Positions 54,017-64,000 of a stretch of 64,000 nucleotides of DNA are shown here, in pieces (position 1 is the first letter of the stretch; every line of letters starts with the position of its first letter). The stretch is from Eledone cirrhosa (taxonomy: Eukaryota). The DNA lies in the NCBI GenBank assembly GCA_964016885.1, contig OZ024753.1, positions 13,702,001 to 13,766,000 on the forward strand, given 5' to 3'. Under the pieces are notes generated by a model that searched no databases, had not been told where the DNA came from, and was given only the letters and a program-made list of their open reading frames with translations. Made by a program: the position numbers and the translations under genes.

Positions 54017-54316
54017 TTAAAAGTATGAGTTGAAATATGCAAAAGGGAGATAAAAATGTGATGCCAGATATGGTAACATCTGATGGTTGTGGTCAATGAG
54101 TGCTGGGTGGACCCCCCCCCCCTCCCGTCACCCCCCCCCCCCCCCCAAAAAAAAACCCCTGATGTGTAACTCATGGTGGGAGAGGAAGGCATGGTGGGAT
54201 GAACTGTGAGGATGTGGGGTGGGGTGACTCCAAATGAGATGATAGGGATCTATGGCAGCCGATCAATCTCATGCCACCAGAGGAAAACAGATTTCAAACA
54301 ATGATCATCAGAACCA

Positions 54317-55020
54317 TATATATGTATATGGTTGTCTTTATATATGTGTGTGTGTGTGTGTGTGTGTATATGTCTTTGGTATGTGTGTGTATATGTCTTT
54401 GGTGTGTGTGTGTGTGTATATGTCTTTGGTGTGTGTGTGTGTGTGTGTGTATGTCTTTGGTATGTGTGTGTGTATGTCTTTGGTATGTATGTGTGTGTGT
54501 GTATGTCTTTGGTATGTATGTGTGTGTGTGATGTCTTTGGTATGTATGTGTGCGTGTGTGTGTGTGTATATATATATATATGTCTTTGTTATGTATGTGT
54601 GTATGTGTGTATATATATATGTATGTGTGTGTGTGTATAAAATAGTAGAAATGTATACACACATATATATATTATGTCTGTGTGTGTGTATATATATATA
54701 TATATGCACACACATATATGTATAGAATAACAGAAGTGTATATACACACATGTTATATATATATATGTGTATATGTTATAGGGCATCGGTTACTTTCCTG
54801 TCTACTGAACTTTTGAAATGGATCTGTGGAGAAATCTTTAATTATATTTTTTACTGTTTTAAAGAAAAACAGAGAAATAGAGAAAGAAAGAAAAAGATAG
54901 AGAAATAGAGAAAGAAAGAAAGATAGATAGATAGAGAAATAGAGAAAGAAAGAAAGATAGATAGAGAAATAGAGAAAGAAAGATAGGTAGATAGATAGAG
55001 AGATAGATGGGTGTGAGAGA
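54317..55020. repeat. (TG)n/ATGTCTTTGG and AGAT/AGAA microsatellites
   Basis: Direct. Confidence 0.9.
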
Positions 55021-55459
55021 AAGAGGTATATTTTGTTCTTGAGACTTTCCTCCTCCTTCTCTTGCAACTGAGTAGTAAGATAATTCCTTACATACTTTGT
55101 CCTTGTTTCTGCTCCTTACTAGGTCATCTAATCCCTTACAAAGATCACATCTGCCAGACGAAATAGCTTGTTGTTTTAAACCCTTTTCTTACTAAATCGC
55201 CCTGGTTTTATGATACAAAAACTGTTTGTTTTAAAGTGTTTATATTTATGTAAAAAAAAAAAACCTTCCAACAGAATTTTATGTAAGTACCTTTATTAAG
55301 TTATTTTCCAAAACACCAAATAGATAACAAAAAAAGAAGTTAGTTATATTAATAAGTCTCTCGTACCAGTAATACACTGGGATAATTGCTGGCCTTGTGC
55401 CAAAAGTAGAAACAATTATATTCATAATAATTTAAAATGATATGCAGGTCTTAAGGAGG

Positions 55460-56185
55460 TACCCCTGCATGGCCAGTCTAATGCTTTAAACCAGTAAAAG
55501 AGTGTGGTGCCCCAGCATGGCCGCAGTCTAATGACTATAACCAGTAAAAGAGTGTGGTGCCCCAGCATGGCCGCAGTCTAATGACTGTAACCAGTAAAAG
55601 AGTGTGGTGCCCCAGCATGGCCGCAGTCTAATGACTGAAATCAGTAAAAATGTGTGGTGCCCCAGCATGGCCGCAGTCTAATGACTGAAACCAGTAAAAA
55701 TGTGTGGTGCCCCAGCATGGCCACAGTTTAATGAGTGAAACCAGTAAAAGAATGTGGTGCTTCAGCATGGCTGCAGTCTAATGATTGAAACCAGTAAAAG
55801 AATGTGGTGCCTCAGCATGGCCACAGTCTAATAACTGAAACCAGTAAAAATGTGGTGCCCCAGCATGGCCACAGTTTAATGAGTGAAACCAGTAAAAGAA
55901 TGTGGTGCTCCAGCATGGCCGCAGTCTAATGATTGAAACCAGTAAAAGAATGTGGTGCCCCAGCATGGCCACAGTCTAATAACTGAAACCAGTAAAAGAG
56001 TGTGGTGCCCCAGCATGGCCACAGTCTAATAACTGAAACCAGTAAAAGAGTGTGGTGCCCTAGCATGGCCGCAGTCTAATGACTGAAAGTAGCTGCCCCA
56101 GTATGGCTACAGTCTAATGACTGCAACCAGTGAAAGAGTGTGGTGCTCCAGCATGGCCACAGTCTAATGACTGAAACAAGTAAAA
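55460..56185 (+). repeat. 50-bp minisatellite (~14 units) derived from a SINE 3' tail
   Basis: CCAGTAAAAGAGTGTGGTGCCCCAGCATGGCCGCAGTCTAATGACTGAAA; single copies at 20819-20868 and (revcomp) 38095-38141. Confidence 0.9.
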
Positions 56186-56343
56186 TAAAAGTATATTTCA
56201 TAAGAAATATGGTAATGAATATGTCAACCCCTCTGATACTAACTCGTTTAAATCCTCTCCTAATTTTAGAGTTTACATTTATCTTACTCCCCAACCCAAT
56301 AAGAAATACTTTCAATATAGGTTCATTTAAAAACTTAAAAAGT

Positions 56344-57058
56344 TAATAATAATAATAATAATAATGAAATTATTGTGTAAAGTGCTCAGGTGCACTACAA
56401 CTCGTCAAAGGTGCATGTATAGTACACAAATGTATAGTACTCAAATGTCAGGGAAGTGACTAGTGTACGAGTCATGATATACATGTGTGTATGTGTATGG
56501 AAGAGGAACATTAGGTGTAGTGTTGGCGGATCTCGGGAAGCATGGAGGTTTTAAAGGATGCAGTGTCTCGACAGCTAACAACCGATGCAGGTAGTTTGTT
56601 CCATGGAGGTTTCAATGGATGCAGTGTCTCGACAGCTAACAACTGATGCAGGGAGTTTGTTCCATGGAGGTTTTAAAGGATGCAGTGACTCGACAGCTAA
56701 CAACTGATGCGGGTAGTTTGTTCCATGGAGGTTTTAAAGGATGCAGTGTCTCGACAGCTAACAACCGATGTAGGTAGTTTGTTCCACGGAGGTTATAAAG
56801 GATGCAGTGTCTCGACAGCTAACAACCGATGCAGGTAGTTTGTTCCATGGAGGTTTTAAAGGATGCAGTGACTCGACAGCTAACAACCGATGCAGGTAGT
56901 TTGTTCCATGCTTCAGCAACTCTGAGCGTGAAAAAATGTTTCCGAAAGTCATGGGAACTGTGCTGTTTTCTGACTTTGTGGGCATGCCCACAGGTGTTAG
57001 ACACATGGAAATCAGAAAGGTACTCAGGGTTGTTGTTGTTGGCAAGATGGTTGTTTAC
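56344..57058 (-). mobile_element. CR1 3' fragment with 6x 61-bp internal amplification
   Basis: Revcomp of 34715-35105; units start at 56541, 56602, 56663, 56724, 56785, 56846. Confidence 0.9.
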
Positions 57059-57379
57059 CAAGTGTTGGCGAATCTCGGGAAGCAACAGCTTAACAATGAT
57101 AAAGTTATATTAATAAATTGCTCCAAATTCTTGATTATATTCGAAATTATTTGAAAACTATAGGCAGTGCCGTTCATTAGAAATAGGGAAACGAAAGGGT
57201 TAAAACTCCAGATCACATATAAAACAATAAAAACAAGTCATAAAATAGAAACGAAAAGAAAAGGAAAAAAAAAAAATGTAAGATTGAAAGGGAGACAACT
57301 TACCTTTAACACACACACACACACACATGTATGTATCTAGAACGATATAGTTGTTTGAATCTAGAACAATACAATCATA

Positions 57380-57562
57380 TTGGCAGTATCGGTAGAGGGT
57401 CTGACGCCATGCTTTGCAGCATAGAGTTACGGCCCTTTCCATTCTGAGTTCAAATCCCACCGAGGTTAACTTTGCCTTTCATCCTTAGGGGGTCAATAAA
57501 ATAAAGTACCAGTAATGCACTGGGTATTTGATGGCCTTGTGCCTAAAGTAGAAACAATTATT
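57380..57562 (+). mobile_element. Deu/Nin-type SINE
   Basis: A box, B box, core, tail. Confidence 0.9.
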
Positions 57563-57710
57563 AAATCACAGAACTTAACCATTTCTAATGAAATACACTT
57601 TATTTTAATGAATTAGTGAATGATTTTGAGAGATTTACTAAACTTACTAATTATTTCATTATTAAAATTGTATACTTAACATGCAGTTCCTGTATAAAAT
57701 ACAGCCTTAA

Positions 57711-57939
57711 CCCTTTAGCATTCACATTGCTATATATATACTATTATATTTTTATGGTAAAGGCTTTATCTCGCATAATTATCTCACATAATATAGAATC
57801 TATGAGATTTTGAAAGTATTTATTTTGGGAACAATACCTTAACATCAGTTTGAGTGACCAGTTATAGCCAGTTTCAACAGAAAAAGTAGAGAATTCTGGA
57901 CGGTTTTGGCTGGTTTTGGCTGGTTTGAACATTAAAGGG
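57711..57939. mobile_element. piggyBac-type MITE, full length
   Basis: TTAA|CCCTTTAG ... TAAAGGG|TTAA. Confidence 0.9.
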
Positions 57940-58267
57940 TTAAGAGGTTTTCTCCAACCTATACCATTATGGAAAAAGTTAAGTAATGCATAATAATTTG
58001 CTGAATCACTACCTCCTTATGGACAACTGGCGCTGTACACCAGGTCCAATCACAGAAGAGCCAAACTCCCACTGTCATTGCCTCCATCTCTCTCACCTTC
58101 CACATCTCTCTATTATGAGCAAATAGGACCCCATGGCCCTGGCGTATCCCTGGAGGATGGTAAGAGAGATGTACTGGAAGAGCCATTTCATCTAGCAGGG
58201 CTCGCACCTGCGGCTAGCCAGCTCAGCGCCTATGGTTGTAAGTAGCCCTTGGGCCAAGGATACCAAT

Positions 58268-58474
58268 TTAACCCGGCCAAATCCAGCCAGAATTCTCTCA
58301 ACACTTTCTGTTCAAATCGGCCATAACCAGCTGCTCATACTTATATTAAGGTATTGTTCTCAAAAGAAATATCAAAATCTCATAGATTTGATATTATGTG
58401 AAATAATTATGTGAGATAAAGCATTTACCATGAAAATACAATAGTAAATATAGAGTAATGTAAATGCTAAAGGG
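58268..58474. mobile_element. piggyBac-type MITE (opposite orientation, one end eroded)
   Basis: Ends AATGCTAAAGGG|TTAA. Confidence 0.8.
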
Positions 58475-58576
58475 TTAAATAGGAGCCCTTTAAAATTGAT
58501 GATTTTGTTTCAAAAGATTTAAATGCTTTACTAGCTCAGCTTATTTCTCTTAGCATTATTTCTAAAAGGTGGCTAG

Positions 58577-58693
58577 GGGCGGTGGATTGGCAGTATCGGT
58601 AGAGGGTCGGACGTCATGCTTTGCAGCATAGAGTTACGGCCCTTGCCATTCTGAGTTCAAATCACGCCGAGGTTCACTTTGCCTTTCATTCTT

Positions 58694-58725
<32 letters not shown>

Positions 58726-59530
58726 TTTACGTCCGCTTTTCCCTGCTTGCAAGGGTGGAACGGGTCTTATTCAGCACAGCATCTCTCCACTCGTCACGGT
58801 CCCTCGTCATCTCCACCGTGAGCTTCAATGATCTGAGGTCTGTTCTCACCACCTCCGCCCATGTTTTTCGTGGTCTACCTCTACTACGTCTTCCTTCAAC
58901 TGGCATTTCTTGGCACTTCTTCACCTGTCGGTCATCCTCCATGCGCATCACATGTCCATACCACCTCAGTCTCCTCTCCTGTACACTACATTCTATCCCT
59001 CTCAGACACAGTTTCTCTCTCAACACATTTATGCTGGGTCGTTCACGCACATTTACACTGCACATCCAACGGAGCATGCTTGCCTCATTTCTCTCCAGCC
59101 GTCGCATATCTTCTGCGGTAGCTGCCCATGTCTCACTACCATGCAGCATCGCGCTCCTCACACAGGCATCATACAACCGGCCTTTCGTACGCAGGGAGAA
59201 ACCCTTCTTCGTCAACAGAGGAAGCAGCTCCCTAAACTTCTTCCAACCCGTCCTTATTCTAGATACTATGGCCTTGGAACACCCTCCTCCCATGCTAATC
59301 TGATCTCCTAGGTACCGGAAGCTATCCACCACTTCTATAGCGCCCTCTCGCATTTGAAAAATGTGTCTATCAGTGCGACTTCTACTGTCTAATTTCCCTG
59401 TACATCTACTGCATACATATTTCTTACCGGGTTGATAAAATAAAGTACCAGTAATGTACTGGGGTTGATTTAATTGACTTTCCCTACCTGCCAAAATTAT
59501 TGGCCTTGTGCCTAAATCAGAAACTGTTAT
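58577..59530 (+). mobile_element. Deu-type SINE split by RTE insertion
   Basis: Head 58577-58694; core resumes 59421. Confidence 0.85.
58695..59420 (-). mobile_element. 5'-truncated RTE-type LINE (ORF2 C-terminus intact in frame)
   Basis: VVDSFRYLGD, RIRTGWKKFRE, SAMLHGSETW, RRLRWYGHV, GRPRKTW; (ATG)n tail; TSD TTCTTA. Confidence 0.95.
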
Positions 59531-59828
59531 TTCTAGAAGGTGCTCTCTGCTCTCAGATCCCCACCCCACCCGAGGTCACCTTTCCCTTTCACTCTTCCAA
59601 GCTTGATAGAATACCATTTCAATACTAGGGTTGATTTTTTTCTCTCTTTTCCCCCTCTCCCTTCCCATCTTTGTCAACCCCCACCCCTCCTCTTCCCCCT
59701 CCTCCTCTCTGGAAGAAATCAGTTGTGTTCAGATCTGGAGATGGATGGGTTTAAAATGGCCAGCCACTATGTGTCAGTGTGGTTTCCATATGGCCCTGAA
59801 CATATATAATTCTTAGATACTGGTTACT

Positions 59829-60228
59829 TCACATTACTCTGTGGATTGGCAGTATCGGTAGAGGGTCGGACGCCATGCTTTGACGCATAGAGTTACGGCC
59901 CTTGCCATTCTGAGTTCAAATCCCGCCGAGGTTGACTTTGCCTTTCATCCTTACGGGGTCGATAAAATAAAGTACCAGTAATACACTGGGTAATTGCTGG
60001 CCTTGTGCCAAAAGTAGAAACAATTACTCTATATATACTATTATATTTTCATGGCAAAGGCTTTACCTCACATAATTATCTCGCATAATATCGAATCTAT
60101 GAGATTTTGAAAGTATTTATTTTGAGAACAATACCTTAATATCAGTATGAGTGACCAGTTACAGCCAGTTTCAACAGAAAGAGGTAGAGAATTCTGGCCA
60201 GTTCTGGCCGGTTTGAACATTAAAGGAT
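59829..60228. mobile_element. piggyBac-type MITE split by a Deu-type SINE (59841-60022)
   Basis: SINE TSD ATTACTCT; MITE body continues to TAAAGGA. Confidence 0.8.
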
Positions 60229-60396
60229 CAAGTTACACGTTTTTTTTTTTTTGGTTTATTTTTATTCTATGTATAAGGGTAGGCTGAAAAGTTCATAAGC
60301 TGACTATGAAGGAGTGATGCTAGTACTGTGAAAACTTTTGGGGTTAACTATAGTTTAACTAATTTACTAGCTTTTAATATATATCATCTAAATGTA

Positions 60397-60695
60397 GTCA
60401 TCATCATCACCATTATCACTTGCCATTGTCACCATCACCACTGCCATCATCAGCACCACCATTATCACTTGCCATTGTCACCATCACCACTGCCATCATC
60501 ACCAACCACCATCACCACTGCCATCATCACCACCACCATCACCACTGCCATCATCACCACCACCATCACCACTGCCATCATCACCACCACCATCACCACT
60601 GCCATCATCACCACCACCATCACCACTGCCATTGTCACCATCACCACTGCCATTATCACCATCACCACCAAAATGATCATCACCATCATCATCAT
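60397..60695. repeat. CAC/CAT trinucleotide tract with 24-bp higher-order unit
   Basis: Direct. Confidence 0.9.
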
Positions 60696-60858
60696 AAAGT
60701 CCAATTTTCTATTCTAGAATGGGTTAGATGTGACGTTTTGAGGCAGTATTTTATGACACGGTGTCCTTCCAGATGCCAATCTTTTTTGTCACTTCTTACA
60801 GATATCGTAAGTACATTGCTTTTAAAAACAAGCATACATATATGTGTTTGTGTGTGTT

Positions 60859-60917
<59 letters not shown>

Positions 60918-60920
<3 letters not shown>

Positions 60921-61515
60921 GGAGATCAGATTAGCATGGGAGGAGGGTGTTCCGAGGCCATAGTATCTAGAATAAGGACGGGTTGGAAGAAGTTTAGGGA
61001 GCTGCTTCCTCTGTTGACGAAGAAGGGTTTCTCCCTGCATACGAAAGGCCGGTTGTATGATGCCTGTGTGAGGAGCGCGATGCTGCATGGTAGTGAGACA
61101 TGGGCAGCAACTGCAGAGGATATGCGACGGCTGGAGAGAAATGAGGCAAGCATGCTCCTTTGGATGTGCAGTGTAAATGTGCGTGAACGACCCAGCATAA
61201 ATGTGTTGAGAGAGAAACTGTGTCTGAGAGGGATAGAATGTAGTGTACGGGAGAGGAGACTGAGGTGGTATGGACATGTGATGCGCATGGAGGATGACCG
61301 ATGGGTGAAGATGTGCCAGGAAATGCCAGTTGAAGGAAGACGTGGTAGAGGTAGACCACGAAAAACATGGGCGGAGGTGGTGAGAACAGACCTCAGATCA
61401 TTGAAGCTCACGGTGGAGATGACGAGGGACCGTGACGAATGGAGAGATGCTGTGCTGAATAAGACCCGTCCCACCCTTGCAAGCAAGGAAAAGCGGACGA
61501 AAATGATGATGATGA
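60918..61515 (+). mobile_element. 5'-truncated RTE-type LINE inserted in (TA)n
   Basis: Near-identical to 58695-59310 in opposite orientation. Confidence 0.95.
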
Positions 61516-61530
61516 TATATATATATATAT

Positions 61531-62140
61531 ACAAACCGAGCATTATAATAAATGTTCGGTAAACCCATACGTACATATATATATGTGTGCATGTATGTAT
61601 ATATATACATACTACTGTACGTCTGTATACATATATGTATGTACGTAAACATACTTATATTTAAGTAACAGCCGTACTAAGAGTGAGAAATGAAATTTCG
61701 TTTCATTTTTTCCGTTTATCGTTTTCGGTGCGCCCGGTCGACTAACTAACTTGATATGCAAATTAGGCTGCTCAGCCGTTAATATGCATAAGGAAAGTAT
61801 ATACTTTCAGACGTTCAATCATCTGGCAAGAAGGTATACGGTGCTGACGATAGCTAATAAGCTTGAAACTAGTACATCATTCCTTTGTCAGTGTTGAACA
61901 AAAGGGCAACGATGGTTGCTAAACAATCTACGGCTTAATTCGGGCTGTTTGTTTACAAACACACTGAGCATTTTTAATAAATGTTCGGTAAACCCATACG
62001 TACATATATATATATGTGTGTATGTATGTATATACATACTACTGTACGTCTGTATACATATATGTATGTACATATACATACTTATATTTAAGTAACAGCC
62101 ATACTAAGAGTGAGAAATGAAATTTTGTTTCATTTTTTCC
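61531..62140 (+). mobile_element. Hammerhead-bearing ~428-bp unit with ~175-bp terminal redundancy (Penelope pLTR/retrozyme-like)
   Basis: 61538-61713 repeated at 61966-62140; flanked by (TA)n; HHR at 61840; AATAAA at 61976. Confidence 0.7.
61840..61878 (+). ncRNA. Minimal type I hammerhead ribozyme
   Basis: GGTG-CTGACGA-T[AGCT aata AGCT]T-GAAA-CTAG-TA^CATC; palindromic ACTAGT stem III, GUA triplet. Confidence 0.8.
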
Positions 62141-62160
62141 ATATATATATATATATATAT

Positions 62161-62600
62161 GGTGAGGAGGGTGATTTTGGACACCCTGCAGGACGAAAAA
62201 CAAAACCTGACAAAGGGTGGAAGAACTCATAAGAGTCAACGGCTATCCAAAAGTGTGTAAATATGTATATGCAGTGAAATATGTATATGTATATGCAGTG
62301 AAATATGTATATGCAGTGAAGGACCCCTAGCTTTTGCCAGGGCATTCTTCTAGGAGAAGGCAACTCAGGAAACTGGGATAACTCCGATATAAAACCTGCG
62401 GCTCAGTAGTTACCGATGATGTTGATCTTTTCTTCTTTTTGGGTTATAGCTACTGTCGCTCAGTGTGGGATTGGCTCAGTGCACAGTCTTTCCTCACTTT
62501 GAAAAATATCTTCATGCACAGGCATTGCACGATAGAATTAATTAATAATTATTAATGATGGTTATATTGTGCAATGGCCATACTCGATAACGAGGGTGTA

Positions 62601-62608
<8 letters not shown>
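62161..62608. mobile_element. Unclassified insert in (TA)n
   Basis: ~450 bp of mixed sequence bounded by TA tracts; CTAGGAGAAGGCAACTC..TAAAACC loosely recalls non-LTR 5'UTRs. Confidence 0.35.
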
Positions 62609-62658
<50 letters not shown>

Positions 62659-62908
62659 GAAAGGTATAGAAATTGTTTTAGCGAGAAGCTAACAGTATTC
62701 CATAACATAAATGCGACTATGTCGGCAAGATGGGAAAAATAGTTAACGTAAGATGTAGGAAAAATAATTCAAACTCATCTCAAAAGAGAATCAGGATATA
62801 AATTCATCCACAGAATTTAGTGAAATCCAGGGAAAAATCGATAGAGCCTTAACTCATGATAAAATAAAGTCTAAAATACTTATCCTTCAATTTGGAAAAA
62901 CATCAAAT

Positions 62909-62987
62909 GCTCTGTATAGTCTTGAAGACTATTTCATGAAAACTTTCAGTGGAGATGGTCACGGTTGGAATTCATCATCAGCAGAGC
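62909..62987 (-). ncRNA. Type I hammerhead ribozyme within a ~400-bp insert (62655-63052) in (TA)n
   Basis: Minus strand: GCTCTG-CTGATGA-[TGAA..30 nt..TTCA]T-GAAA-[TAGTC ttcaa GACTA]-TA^CAGAGC; 6-bp stems I and III. Confidence 0.8.
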
Positions 62988-63048
62988 TCAACTCGATAAC
63001 CAGGGCTCTCACAGAATTATAAGCCAAAAAGGGAATTCTAAAACTGGC

Positions 63049-63850
<802 letters not shown>

Positions 63851-64000
63851 AGGTGTTACGACAAAAAGCACTCTCTAGTCCCAAATAATAGGGAGGGAGT
63901 TGGAATAAACGGGGGGTGGGGGTGGAAAATGGACAATTTTTCTAGGTTGTCTCAGTTGATATTTTTAAAAACCAGAATTAGTCATTTAGTTTACATATTG

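Noticed and set aside
57960-58260. GC-richer unique stretch as exon
   Set aside because: No convincing ORF, acceptor or homology
60420-61562. 380-aa His-rich/RTE fusion ORF
   Set aside because: Chance read-through across CAC and TA microsatellites into a truncated LINE

Overview
Eukaryotic, AT-rich, almost entirely repeat-derived window. The mix of SINEs, LINEs and microsatellites suggests a coleoid cephalopod such as Octopus (inference). I can support no intact host protein-coding gene, and nearly all listed ORFs are microsatellite or minisatellite artefacts. Retroelements: two 5'-truncated CR1-type LINEs plus 3' fragments, RTE-type and CRE-type LINE remnants, and two tRNA-derived SINE superfamilies (Deu/Nin-like core; CORE-like core with exchangeable tails). 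DNA elements: piggyBac, hAT and Tc1/mariner MITEs, and four non-autonomous Helitrons. Several minisatellites can be traced to parts of these TEs. The most notable signal is a set of type I hammerhead ribozyme folds found by hand (14260, 61840, 62909, one split by a Helitron at 16336, decayed ones at 18162 and 23155). Most sit in short, mutually unrelated, ORF-less inserts in or next to (TA)n tracts, as expected for Penelope-like pseudo-LTRs or retrozymes. Fold-back palindromes centred on hammerhead-like stem II/GAAA motifs also occur. All coordinates and structures were read by eye and are not computationally validated.
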